Positions 40,454-50,674 of a stretch of 64,000 bases of DNA are shown piece by piece. How positions within the stretch are numbered: position 1 is the first letter of the stretch; every line of letters starts with the position of its first letter. The notes beneath the pieces are model-generated. The model ran no database searches. It was not told the origin of the DNA and saw only the letters and a program-made list of their open reading frames with translations. This DNA is from Promethearchaeota archaeon (GTDB lineage: Archaea; Asgardarchaeota; Lokiarchaeia; Sigyniarchaeales; SOKP01): assembly GCA_048940925.1 (NCBI GenBank), contig JBHLOC010000001.1:192001-256000 (forward strand). Reading direction: 5' to 3'. A program made the position numbers and the translations under genes.

Positions 40454-40755
40454 ATCAATAAGAGATTTTCATTTAGTTTCTGATCTTAAACTTTCGATTT
40501 AGATAGTAATATAAAGGTTTAAAATTTTTTTTTTTAATATTTTCAACGAATAAGGATAACAAAAGCTCGGATCTTCAAATTTATAAATCAAATATAAAGG
40601 TTATTGAATCAAATTTTATAAATTTATATTATTTTTTAGAATAATAAAAGATTATCGTTTTATATAAATTTTTAAGCTATATTTATTATAGAAAATAATA
40701 AATTTTAGTTATTTTATATTGTATATGAAAATATATCTCAAAGGTTTTCAAATTC

Positions 40756-41769
40756 ATGGCTGTCGATCGGAAAAAATTAGATGCATTGCTTCAATGGTAT
40801 AGACAGGAGATTGGAAAAAATTTGATTGCTGCTCTTATAGTAAATAGAGAAGGATTAGTGATGGCTGCATTAAAAGGTAGCTCTGAAGTGGAGGTAGAAG
40901 AGGATGTAATTGGTGGAGTTAGTGCATTAGTTGAACCTGTTTTAACAAGAATTACTGAAGAATTTAGTTCAGGTTCTTTTGGAACTGGAACATTTGATAC
41001 AGAAGATCACAGATTTATTTTTTGTGAGGCTGGCCCAGAAGCTATTTTTGTAACTGTTTTAAATTCAATTGCTATGGTAGATCCTGTCTTTCCATATGCT
41101 TACTTAGCTGCAGAAAAAATCTCTCGAATATTTGATGGAAGACCTGTAAGTCCTGTAATACCTAAACTTATTTCTGACAATATTAAGCCAAACATAGAAA
41201 GAAAGATAGATAAAATTCAAAAAATTAAGATAAAATCAGGAGAATATGCCTATAAATTAATCTTAGGGGGGGAGGGAGGTGTTGGGAAAACTAGCATGGT
41301 TCATCGGTTTGTTGAAGATTCCTTTCAAACAGATTATAAATCCACAATTGGTACATCAATTATGAAAAAAGAATGCGATTTTCAAGGCTTAGAATCAAGA
41401 GTTCGTTTTGTTATATGGGATTTAGCAGGTCAAGCACAATTTAAGAGGGTTAGACAAACTTATTTGGGAAATGCTGAAGCAGGTATATTAGTATATGATG
41501 TAACGCGTCAGGATACTTTTGAAAATATTGAAAATTGGTTTAATGAAATTAAAATTGTATCACCTAAGATCTCATTAATACTAGTTGGAAATAAAATTGA
41601 TTTAAAAAATAATAGAATTATATCTGCAGAAAAAGGCGAAGAACTTTCAAAAAAATTAAATTTGTCATATATAGAAACTTCAGCTAAAACTGGAGAAAAT
41701 ATTAATGACGCTTTCAAAATGCTTGCATTACAAATGATAAAACGATTTGCTTTTGCAGAAGAAGTATAG
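40756..41769 (+). CDS. Roadblock/LC7 domain fused to Rab-like small GTPase
   Basis: Roadblock N-terminus (LIVNREGLVMA); GEGGVGKT, YKSTIG, WDLAGQ, GNKID, ETSAK. Confidence 0.9.
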   Translation: MAVDRKKLDALLQWYRQEIGKNLIAALIVNREGLVMAALKGSSEVEVEEDVIGGVSALVEPVLTRITEEFSSGSFGTGTFDTEDHRFIFCEAGPEAIFVTVLNSIAMVDPVFPYAYLAAEKISRIFDGRPVSPVIPKLISDNIKPNIERKIDKIQKIKIKSGEYAYKLILGGEGGVGKTSMVHRFVEDSFQTDYKSTIGTSIMKKECDFQGLESRVRFVIWDLAGQAQFKRVRQTYLGNAEAGILVYDVTRQDTFENIENWFNEIKIVSPKISLILVGNKIDLKNNRIISAEKGEELSKKLNLSYIETSAKTGENINDAFKMLALQMIKRFAFAEEV

Positions 41770-41773
41770 TAGA

Positions 41774-41876
41774 AGCCTCTGGGGGGAATTGAACCCCCGA
41801 TCTACAGATTACGAATCTGTTGCTCTCAGCATAAAATATCTTATAGTATAATATTATACCACTAAGCCACAGAGGC
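41774..41876 (-). tRNA. tRNA-Thr(CGT) with D-arm intron (about 21/22; about 41826-41854)
   Basis: GCCTCTG/CAGAGGC acceptor; ACAGA-TTCGTAA-TCTGT anticodon arm; GGGGG-TTCAATT-CCCCC T-arm; ~29-nt AT-rich insert before GAGC. Confidence 0.9.
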
Positions 41877-41929
41877 AATTAAATTAATTATTGAATACTA
41901 ATTATTAAAAAATTATAAATTTTTTTCCA

Positions 41930-42970
41930 ATGAGGAGTAAAGAAAGGTTACAAGATCTTGGAGAAATAGAAATTATTAAAATATTAGAACGATTACTTTT
42001 TGAAAAAACTGGAAAAAAGCTGATTAGAGATGATTCCTTTTTCTATACGCTCAAAGATCAAATTTGTACCAAAATCGGACCATTAGATAAAATAATTTTT
42101 AATTCTGATATGTTAGTTTCATCAACAGATGTGCCACCTCATATGAATTATTATCAAATAGGGCGTAAATCAATTCTAATGAATATTAGTGATTTAATTG
42201 TTAAAGGAGTAATACCTAAGGGATTAATTATTTCTTTAGGTCTTCCTCGAGAGATGAATCTCACAAAATTTAAGAAATTGATAAATGGTATTATTGATTA
42301 TAGCCTAAAATGGAAATTAGATTATATTGGAGGAGATCTTAACGAAACTAAGGAGTTGATTATTAATCCGATCGTGTTTGGATTTCAGAATAATTCACAA
42401 ATTATTTATAGAAAGGGTATGAAAGCAGGAGATCTTTTAATATCTAATGGAAAATTTGGATTAACAGGAGTAGGATTTGATATATTAATAAATAAAAGAG
42501 GAACTTTAAATGAATATCCAGAATTTAAAAGATCTATTGAATCTGTTATTGAAATTAAGGATTTAGGTAAAGAAGGCATTGTTCTAGCAAAGAATCACTT
42601 CGCTTCAGCAAGTATTGATTCTTCCGACGGTCTTTTTAAATCTTTGAAAGATTTAATGTTATCTAATCCAAATTTGGGATTTGAAATAGATTTTAATCAA
42701 GATTTAATTGATTCTGAAGCATTAAAATACTCTCAAGATTTTAAAATTCCCTTAGAGAAACTAGTCTTTAGTGGTGGTGAGGAATTTATTCATTTATTTA
42801 CAATAAATCCTAAATTACTGAGTAAAGTCCAAGCTATTATTCAAGCCAATGGTGGGAAAATCTTTAAAATTGGGAGAGTTATATCAAAGAATAGTATTCT
42901 TATGATAAAGGATAATAAGGAAATAGCGCTTAAATATTATGGTTTTGAACATTTTAGAAAAATGGATTAA
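41930..42970 (+). CDS. thiL: Thiamine-monophosphate kinase
   Basis: LGEIEII, NISDL, GGDL, IDSSDGL, GGEEF. Confidence 0.92.
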   Translation: MRSKERLQDLGEIEIIKILERLLFEKTGKKLIRDDSFFYTLKDQICTKIGPLDKIIFNSDMLVSSTDVPPHMNYYQIGRKSILMNISDLIVKGVIPKGLIISLGLPREMNLTKFKKLINGIIDYSLKWKLDYIGGDLNETKELIINPIVFGFQNNSQIIYRKGMKAGDLLISNGKFGLTGVGFDILINKRGTLNEYPEFKRSIESVIEIKDLGKEGIVLAKNHFASASIDSSDGLFKSLKDLMLSNPNLGFEIDFNQDLIDSEALKYSQDFKIPLEKLVFSGGEEFIHLFTINPKLLSKVQAIIQANGGKIFKIGRVISKNSILMIKDNKEIALKYYGFEHFRKMD

Positions 42971-43094
42971 ACTTCTATATCCATAAATACATAACTGATA
43001 AGTGAAGGATAGGATCTTCCATAAAATAAAATTTTTATATTATTGCGAATTTATTCTAATGCTAAAGGCGTTTAGGTGCTTAAAATTTTTTTTA

Positions 43095-43198
43095 GGGCTA
43101 TTGGCGCAGGCAGGTAGCGCAGCAGGCTTTTAACCTGACTTTTATGGCAATCTCTTCCATAAAAAGAAAGGTCAGGGGTTCAATTCCCCTATAGCCCG
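43095..43198 (+). tRNA. tRNA-Lys(TTT) with ~30-nt intron at the anticodon-stem/variable-loop junction (about 43140-43169)
   Basis: GGGCTAT/ATAGCCC acceptor, GCGC/GCGC D-stem, CAGG-CTTTTAA-CCTG anticodon arm, AGGGG-TTCAATT-CCCCT T-arm; hairpin insert TTTATGG..CCATAAA. Confidence 0.88.
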
Positions 43199-43310
43199 TT
43201 TTTTATTATTTTTCTTTTCCCAAATATCCCAAAAAATTAATTTTTAAGGAAAAATTTATGATATTCTTAAATTTATAATAATATAAATATCTCTCAAAAT
43301 ATTAAGTGAC

Positions 43311-44315
43311 ATGCACAAATTAGAATTTAGATTACCATCTGATGAACCTGAGCAATTATTAGTAAAAAGCCAAGATAGCACTAATCCAAATCATGGATGT
43401 GAACCGGAAAAAAGAAATCTCGAAGCACTTCTACGCTATGGTGTTATAAATTTAGATAAACCAAGTGGTCCTACTAGCCATGAAGTAGTTTCTTGGGTTC
43501 GAAAGATATTAGGTATTCCCAATGTAGGACACGGTGGAACATTGGATCCTCGTGTTACAGGTATTTTACCTTGTGCACTTGGAAAAGCAACAAGAGCTTT
43601 ATCTTCTTTATTAAGCGCAGGGAAAGAATATATTGGAGTACTATACCTACATTCTCCAGAAAACCGAAAAAGAATAGAAAAGGTATTTAAACTATTTACC
43701 GGGAAAATATATCAAAGACCACCATTAAAATCGTCTGTTGTAAGAAGATTGAGAGTGAGGGAAATTTATTATACTAAAATCCTTGAAATTGAAAATAATC
43801 ACATTTTATTTAGAATAGGATGTGAAGCAGGAACTTACATACGAAAGTTTTGTTATGATATTGGGGAAGCTCTTTGTTCTGGTGCCCATATGCTCGAATT
43901 GAGGAGAACACGAGTAGGAAATTTTGATGAAAATAGTAATTTATTAACATTACAAAATTTAAAAGACGCCATTACAATTTTTCATATTGAAGGTAATAGT
44001 GATTATTTACGAAAATTGATTTTTCCTATGGAAAAGATGGTGTCGCATATGCCTAAAATTTTTATTAGAGATACAGCAGTTGATGCTATAACTCATGGAG
44101 CAGATTTAGCTTCAGCGGGAATCTGTTATATTGATGCTAGAATAAAAGCTAATATGAATGTTGCAATAATGACATTGAAAAAAGAGTTAATTGCATTTGG
44201 TACTTCATTAAAAAATGCAATGCAAATATACAAGGCAAAAAAGGGGATATTAGTTAAGACGGAAAAAGTTTTTATGGAAAGGGGAATCTATCCGAGATGG
44301 AATCAGAGAAAATAA
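43311..44315 (+). CDS. cbf5: H/ACA pseudouridine synthase Cbf5
   Basis: LDKPSGPTSHEV, GHGGTLDP, QRPP, GTYIR, PUA domain. Confidence 0.97.
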   Translation: MHKLEFRLPSDEPEQLLVKSQDSTNPNHGCEPEKRNLEALLRYGVINLDKPSGPTSHEVVSWVRKILGIPNVGHGGTLDPRVTGILPCALGKATRALSSLLSAGKEYIGVLYLHSPENRKRIEKVFKLFTGKIYQRPPLKSSVVRRLRVREIYYTKILEIENNHILFRIGCEAGTYIRKFCYDIGEALCSGAHMLELRRTRVGNFDENSNLLTLQNLKDAITIFHIEGNSDYLRKLIFPMEKMVSHMPKIFIRDTAVDAITHGADLASAGICYIDARIKANMNVAIMTLKKELIAFGTSLKNAMQIYKAKKGILVKTEKVFMERGIYPRWNQRK

Positions 44316-44321
44316 ACTTTT

Positions 44322-44966
44322 ATGGTTTCAATGAGAAAAAAAGAACAACATTATTATACTAAATTTCCTGATGTAAATCTTAAGATTTATACCTTTTCAG
44401 AAAGTTTAAGAAGACATCTTTATATTTTTAAGACTACTACAGGAGTTTTTTCATTTAACAAGTTAGATTTAGGAACTAAAGTTTTGATTGAGAATATGAT
44501 TATTCCGGAGGAGGCAAAATTTTTGTTAGATTTAGGTTGTGGTTATGGGCCTATTGGAATTGTATTAGGTTATGAATCATCAAAAAGTATTATTTATTTG
44601 ATAGATATTAACAAGAGAGCTATTTGGTGTGCAAGAGAAAACATTAAGATAAATTTACCAAATAATAGAAAAAATATAATTATATTATCAGGAAGTTATT
44701 TTGAACCATTGAAAAACAAAAATTTAAAATTCGATGGAATCTATATGAATCCTCCACTTCGACAAGGAAGAAAAGAGTTTCTACAATTGATAAAGGAAAT
44801 TCCTAAATATCTAACTGAAAATGGTTCATTTCAATTTGTGATTAAAAAAAAGATGGGTGCTCAATATATAATGAAGTTCCTTAATGAATCTTTTCTAAAT
44901 GGAAAAATAGATATATTATGTAAAAGAAGTGGTTATTGGGTCTTTAGGTGTTTTAATATCAATTAA
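44322..44966 (+). CDS. RsmC-like small SAM-dependent methyltransferase
   Basis: GVFS..LDLGT, LDLGCGYGPIG, NPP. Confidence 0.9.
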   Translation: MVSMRKKEQHYYTKFPDVNLKIYTFSESLRRHLYIFKTTTGVFSFNKLDLGTKVLIENMIIPEEAKFLLDLGCGYGPIGIVLGYESSKSIIYLIDINKRAIWCARENIKINLPNNRKNIIILSGSYFEPLKNKNLKFDGIYMNPPLRQGRKEFLQLIKEIPKYLTENGSFQFVIKKKMGAQYIMKFLNESFLNGKIDILCKRSGYWVFRCFNIN

Positions 44967-45057
44967 GCAAATTCACGGTTTCTATGAAATTAATAGAAAG
45001 AATCTAAAAACAATAAAATTTTTTAGAAAGTCAAGATTTTTTTAATCATAAATCAAA

Positions 45058-45333
45058 GTGAAAGTGGATTTTCCCTTGACTAAGAAGAAAAAAATTGATG
45101 TCTTACTTCATAAATTTGTTCCACAGCATATTCTTTTAACTAAAGAAGAGTCTCAAGATCTTTTAAATAAATATAAAATAGATGTAAATGATCTTCCTCA
45201 AATGTTTGAAAAAGATCCAGTTGCTATTGCGATAGGAGCAAAAGAAGGGGATATCGTGAAAATTATTCGTAATTCAAATACAACAGTTAGAACTGTAGAG
45301 TATTTTCGTTATGTAAAAAAGGAGAAAGTTTAA
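45058..45333 (+). CDS. rpoH: RNA polymerase subunit Rpo5 (RpoH)
   Basis: HKFVPQH, LPQM..DPVA, GDIVKIIR. Confidence 0.96.
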   Translation: MKVDFPLTKKKKIDVLLHKFVPQHILLTKEESQDLLNKYKIDVNDLPQMFEKDPVAIAIGAKEGDIVKIIRNSNTTVRTVEYFRYVKKEKV

Positions 45334-45372
45334 ATTTAAATTTATAATAAAATTTAGGAAGGTTTAATATTT

Positions 45373-48300
45373 TTGAGTTCTGAAAAATTATCAAAAGAAG
45401 ATAAGTGGATAATATTAAAAAGTTTATTTGACGAAAAAGGTTTAGTTCGACAGCACTTAGATTCTTACAATAATTTCATTGAATATGAAATGCAAACAAT
45501 CGTTGATGAATCTGGAGAAGTCATACCTGATATTCCGGGGTTTAAAATAAAATTTGGAAAAATTAAAGTAGGCGTTCCAAAAGTGAGAGAAGCTGATGGA
45601 GCTACTATGGAAATTACCCCTATAGAAGCAAGGATTAGGGAATTGAGCTACGCTGCGGATATCACTTTAGAAATGACCCCAATTACTATAGATGAACGTA
45701 CACAAAGAGAAGAAGCTGAAGAAACTCTTGATATATATATTGGTAAAATTCCAATTATGCTTAAAAGCTGTCGATGCCCATTAGAAAGCTTATCTGAACA
45801 AGAATTAATTAACCGAGGGGAAGACCCATTAGATCCAGGGGGTTATTTTATAATTAATGGAACAGAGCGGGTTCTTGTTACCCAAGAAGACTTAGCTCCT
45901 AACAGAATATTGGCAGAAGAAGCTAGTAGAAGTTCTAGCGCTACTCATCAAGCAAAAGTATTTTCAACTAGAAGTGGATTCAGAGCACCAGTAACAATAG
46001 AAAGAAAAAAAGATGGTAATTTAAGAGTTTCATTTCCTTCAGTTCCAGGTAAAATACCTTTAGCAATTTTAATGAGAGCATTAGGTTTACACTCTGATAG
46101 AGAGATATTTGAAGCTATATCTGAAAATGAAGAAATTCAAAAGGAGTTAATCCCAGTAATAGATGTAGCTTCTGAAATTCAAGTATTAAAAGATCCAGAA
46201 AAATCTCAGCAAAATGCTCTTGATTATATCGGTAAAAGAGTTGCCATTGGGCAGACAAAAGATTATAGAATTAGAAGAGCTCTCCAAGTGCTAGATAGAT
46301 ACCTTTTACCTCATATTGGTAATGCAGAAGAAGATCGCATTAAAAAAGCATATTATTTGGGCCAGATGGCCCAAAAAGTAATGGAACTTGCATTAGGGTT
46401 GAGAGAACAGGATGATAAAGATCATTATGCCAACAAAAGATTAAAATTAGCTGGAGAATTATTCACCTCTTTATTTAGAGTGGCATTTTTAAATCTTGTT
46501 AAAGATATTAAATATCAATTAGAGAGAACTGCCGTTCGCGGAAGGGCGCCAAACATAAAAACTGCTGTTAGAGCAGATGTTATCACAGAAAGAATAAGAC
46601 ATGCATTGGCTACAGGCAATTGGGTGGGAGGAAAAGCAGGTGTAAGTCAATTATTAAATAGAAATAATCATGTTGGAACATTAAGTCATTTAAGAAGAGT
46701 TATATCACCTTTAAGTCGAAGCCAACCGCATTTTGAGGCTAGAGATCTGCATCCAACTCAATGGGGCAAAATCTGTCCAGCAGAAACTCCTGAAGGACCA
46801 AATTGTGGTTTAGTTAAAAATCTTGGACTAGCATCAATTATTTCTATTGGTGCTGATGAAAAAATAATTGAAAATATCTTAATTGATTTGGGAGTAATCC
46901 CTATAAATGAAGTTCAAAATATCAAAGGGGATAAAGTTAAAGTTTTTCTAAACGGTAAACTAGTAGGGATTCATCAGCAACATAATCCATTTATTCGTCA
47001 ACTTAGGGAAAAAAGAAAAAAAGGAGAAATTGGTCAGCATGTTAATATTGGATATTATCATGATTCTAAAGAAATTCAAATTAACTGTGATGCAGGGAGA
47101 GCAACCCGACCCCTTTTTGTATTGAAGAATAAAAGATTACAAATTACGAAAGAAGATATTGAAAAATTGAAGCAAAATAAATATATTTGGTCAGATTTAG
47201 TCCAAAAAGGAGTGATTGAATATTTAGATGCTGAAGAAGAGGAAAATGCATACATAGCTATGTTTGAAGACGATATAACTGAAGAACATACTCATTTAGA
47301 GATTTCACCTGCAGCAATTCTAGGGATTTGTGCTTCTATTATTCCATTTCCAGAACATAATCAATCTCCAAGAAATACTTACGAAGCAGGTATGGTAAAG
47401 CAGGCATTAGGTTTATGGGCTGCAAATATGCATTTACGCCTTGACACAAGAGGTCACACCTTACATTATCCTCAACAACCTTTAGTAAAAACTAGTCCAA
47501 TGGAGATAATAGGGATTAATAAACGCCCCGCTGGACAAAATTTTATTGTAGCTATGATGAGTTTTGAGGGTTTCAATATTGAAGATGCTATAATTATCAA
47601 TAAAGCATCAATTGAGAGGGGTCTTGCTCGGAGTCATTTCTTTAGAACATATGATGCGGAAGAGAGGAAATATCCTGGGGGAGAAGTTGATAAGTTTGAA
47701 ATCCCAGAGAGAGGAGTTCGCGGCTTCAAATCTGCTGAATCATATCGTTTACTTTCTGAAGAAGATGGTATTATTGAACCTGAAACCCAAGTTAATGGAG
47801 GAGATGTATTAATTGGTAGAACTTCTCCGCCAAGATTCATAAAATCATATGAAGAATTCGAATTAATGCAACCAAATCGGCGTGAAACTTCAAAGAACAT
47901 GCGACATAATGAAAAAGGAATTGTAGACACTGTCATTATTTCAGAAACTGTCGATGGAAATAAACTTGTAAAAATTAAAGTACGAGACTTAAGGATTCCT
48001 GAATTAGGAGATAAATTTTCATCTCGTCATGGCCAAAAAGGAGTACTTGGATTAATTGTAGAGCAATCTGATATGCCTTTTACCTCATCTGGAGTTATTC
48101 CCGACATAATAGTAAATCCCCACGCCATGCCTTCAAGAATGACTTTAGGACAACTTTTTGAGGGAATAAGTGGTAAAATAGCATGTACTACAGGAAAATT
48201 GGGAGATGCTACAGCATTTGAATGGACAAATATTACTAAACTCCAAGAACAGTTAGTTGAAGTCGGATTTGAATTTAATGGTAGGGAAATAATGTATAAT

Positions 48301-48744
48301 GGGATTACTGGAGAAAAATATGAAGCAGGTATATACTGCGCTCCAATATACTACCAAAAGTTATATCACTTAGTTGCAGACAAACTTCACGCTAGAGCAC
48401 GTGGACCTGTCCAGATTTTAACAAGACAGCCTACAGAAGGTAGAGCTAGAGAAGGAGGATTGCGATTTGGAGAAATGGAACGTGATTGCCTTGTTGGTCA
48501 CGGATCTGCTCTTTTATTAAAAGAAAGATTATTAGATGAATCAGATAGAACCGTAATTCTTGTTTGTGAGAAATGTGGGCTTTTAGCAGTTTATGATCGA
48601 AATCGGGATAAACGCTATTGTCCAGTATGCGGAGAAGGAACAATAATATCGAAAGTTGTTTGTTCTTATGCATTTAAATTGCTATTGCAAGAAATGATGA
48701 GTTTGGGACTGGCACCTCGTTTAAAATTAAAAGAAAAAATATAA
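45373..48744 (+). CDS. rpoB: RNA polymerase subunit Rpo2 (RpoB), unsplit
   Basis: GGYFIINGTER, ETPEGPNCGL, GDKFSSRHGQKG, GGLRFGEMERD, C-terminal zinc site. Confidence 0.99.
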   Translation: MSSEKLSKEDKWIILKSLFDEKGLVRQHLDSYNNFIEYEMQTIVDESGEVIPDIPGFKIKFGKIKVGVPKVREADGATMEITPIEARIRELSYAADITLEMTPITIDERTQREEAEETLDIYIGKIPIMLKSCRCPLESLSEQELINRGEDPLDPGGYFIINGTERVLVTQEDLAPNRILAEEASRSSSATHQAKVFSTRSGFRAPVTIERKKDGNLRVSFPSVPGKIPLAILMRALGLHSDREIFEAISENEEIQKELIPVIDVASEIQVLKDPEKSQQNALDYIGKRVAIGQTKDYRIRRALQVLDRYLLPHIGNAEEDRIKKAYYLGQMAQKVMELALGLREQDDKDHYANKRLKLAGELFTSLFRVAFLNLVKDIKYQLERTAVRGRAPNIKTAVRADVITERIRHALATGNWVGGKAGVSQLLNRNNHVGTLSHLRRVISPLSRSQPHFEARDLHPTQWGKICPAETPEGPNCGLVKNLGLASIISIGADEKIIENILIDLGVIPINEVQNIKGDKVKVFLNGKLVGIHQQHNPFIRQLREKRKKGEIGQHVNIGYYHDSKEIQINCDAGRATRPLFVLKNKRLQITKEDIEKLKQNKYIWSDLVQKGVIEYLDAEEEENAYIAMFEDDITEEHTHLEISPAAILGICASIIPFPEHNQSPRNTYEAGMVKQALGLWAANMHLRLDTRGHTLHYPQQPLVKTSPMEIIGINKRPAGQNFIVAMMSFEGFNIEDAIIINKASIERGLARSHFFRTYDAEERKYPGGEVDKFEIPERGVRGFKSAESYRLLSEEDGIIEPETQVNGGDVLIGRTSPPRFIKSYEEFELMQPNRRETSKNMRHNEKGIVDTVIISETVDGNKLVKIKVRDLRIPELGDKFSSRHGQKGVLGLIVEQSDMPFTSSGVIPDIIVNPHAMPSRMTLGQLFEGISGKIACTTGKLGDATAFEWTNITKLQEQLVEVGFEFNGREIMYNGITGEKYEAGIYCAPIYYQKLYHLVADKLHARARGPVQILTRQPTEGRAREGGLRFGEMERDCLVGHGSALLLKERLLDESDRTVILVCEKCGLLAVYDRNRDKRYCPVCGEGTIISKVVCSYAFKLLLQEMMSLGLAPRLKLKEKI

Positions 48745-48878
48745 AAAATAAAAAATTTTTTTAAGATTCTTTTTAATAATTCTGTATTATTTTTAATTTC
48801 TTAGAAGATTCTATTATTTCTAATAATTATTAATAATCGATTGATTTACAGGAAAAAAAAAGTATAGAATTAAATTAG

Positions 48879-49295
48879 TTATATTGTGAATCCAAGAAAG
48901 GAAGCAAATCCTGGTATTAAAGTATACAGAAGGAATAGAATAAACAATGTTAATAAAGCTATCCAAACAGCATTATCCCATGGAACATCTAATAGAAATT
49001 TGACTAAAAGCAATATTATTAAAAATCCTATTATGGGTATTAAAAGTGTTAAATAATTACCATCGCTCCAAGGAATTTCACTAAAAATTCCTAATACAAT
49101 ACCAACTGCGCCTAAAACTATCGGAATTACAAGTACACATATGAATGCTAACAGGATAATTAAAAATTTTTTGTCTGAGGCTTTAGTCTTTGATACAATA
49201 AGTATTACAGCAATGTAAATAATCAATGTTACTATTATGGTTCCTAAAATAAGCCATATTACGAACCACAGAGTACTATTCATTTGAAATAACAT
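48879..49295 (-). CDS. Four-TM hypothetical membrane protein
   Basis: Four hydrophobic segments. Confidence 0.75.
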   Translation of the reverse strand: MLFQMNSTLWFVIWLILGTIIVTLIIYIAVILIVSKTKASDKKFLIILLAFICVLVIPIVLGAVGIVLGIFSEIPWSDGNYLTLLIPIIGFLIILLLVKFLLDVPWDNAVWIALLTLFILFLLYTLIPGFASFLGFTI

Positions 49296-49472
49296 CTTGT
49301 TCTCCTTTTTTTATATAAGATAGAGTAAGTTTTAATTAATTGAGGAAAACTTTTCTTCTTTTTTAAATATTAACCAAAAAATTGACAAACTGAGAGATCT
49401 TACGATTTAAAAAGGTAAATCTTCAAATAAAACAAGTGTAAGATCATGAGAAAATTAGGATATAACAGTCCT

Positions 49473-49673
49473 TTATAATCCCCAATTTAATAAAAAAAAG
49501 TGGAAAGAAAATCCTAAGAAAATAGACACAGTTAAGATACTTAATATAGATAATCGAACTGATTTCTCTCTACCATACTTTGTGTATATTATAAGGATAG
49601 CTAATGCTAGTAATCCGAGAATAAGGAAAATCCATGCTAAAATCCATAATGATAATGAAGGAACCATTGCCAT
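49473..49673 (-). CDS. TMEM258/OST5-like two-TM protein
   Basis: P..L.WIFLILGL..IYTKYGR..SIFLGF..FFLL.WG pattern; size and topology match TMEM258. Confidence 0.6.
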   Translation of the reverse strand: MAMVPSLSLWILAWIFLILGLLALAILIIYTKYGREKSVRLSILSILTVSIFLGFSFHFFLLNWGL

Positions 49674-49816
49674 TTTTAATTGATTTTTTTATATTCAGTA
49701 TTTTAACATATGTTTTATTTTTTTTTAAGTTTATTAATGAATAAAATTTAAAACTATATTCTCTTGATAATTAATTGATATTATTTATTTCATTTTCTTA
49801 GAAAAATATGTGAAAA

Positions 49817-50599
49817 TTGAAAATGCATTTTCTTAAAGAATTAATTGAAACCCCTATTTTAAAGGATCCTGCTAAATCAAATACTGATATCCATCGTCAT
49901 TTTTATCGGTATTCAAGAGGTAAATTTCTAGGACCTGCTCTAAAAATATTAAAATCAAATACTCGTATTACACTTAAGGGTACTCATGAATATGAAGATC
50001 TAATAGCGGAAATCGTAGCTAATACAATCCCAGAAGAAAAACTTGAGATTAAGGGTTCTTTAATAGCTGGGAGTGATGTAAGTAGGACAATAAGTGATCT
50101 CGGATTTGATTGGGATTTGAAAAAATCAACGGGAAAAACGACAAATTATAAGGCAACAATTCTTAGTAATATGAATAAAAGTTCTTTGCTTAAAAGTATT
50201 GAAGAATTCAGGAAAAATAGTTATTTTTTAATTTCTTTCAATGTGAATTCTACGTGTAAATTAACAACTAAAAAAAATATCCCCCAACCTTCAAAGAAGA
50301 AAGTTGACGAAGATGACGTAAATAAAAGAATTCAATTCTGTACTGGAGTCATTGATAATTCAGAAAGTAATATCAAGTTAATTTTAGACTTAGCTCTACC
50401 TGATTTCAAAATAGATATTAGTAGAAAATGGAAAAACATTATAATTACTAATAATTATAAAATATCTGAATTAATTTTACCTGAGCATGTAAATGATTGG
50501 GGTCTAAAGCGAATTTTAGCAATAAGAAAGGGAATATTATTTAGATCTATTGATATAGATGGTGAAATTACAGAAAAACAATATTCCATTGTTGTGTAA
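49817..50599 (+). CDS. Conserved-looking archaeal hypothetical protein
   Basis: 260-aa ORF with IHRHFYRYSRGKF and RKG motifs; upstream of tfe. Confidence 0.7.
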   Translation: MKMHFLKELIETPILKDPAKSNTDIHRHFYRYSRGKFLGPALKILKSNTRITLKGTHEYEDLIAEIVANTIPEEKLEIKGSLIAGSDVSRTISDLGFDWDLKKSTGKTTNYKATILSNMNKSSLLKSIEEFRKNSYFLISFNVNSTCKLTTKKNIPQPSKKKVDEDDVNKRIQFCTGVIDNSESNIKLILDLALPDFKIDISRKWKNIIITNNYKISELILPEHVNDWGLKRILAIRKGILFRSIDIDGEITEKQYSIVV

Positions 50600-50674
50600 T
50601 AATTAAGAATTTAGATTACTATTTTGAAAAAATTTAATTTTTATAAAAGTTTTTAAATATCAATTTGAAATTAC

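Noticed and set aside
40304-43198. tRNA genes as integration sites of a mobile element
   Set aside because: No duplicated tRNA ends or integrase; flanking genes are chromosomal
49397-49445. Inverted repeat GATCTTAC/GTAAGATC with a nearby ATGA, considered as a SECIS element
   Set aside because: The GA/GA quartet register does not fit, and no neighbouring gene has a plausible in-frame Sec UGA
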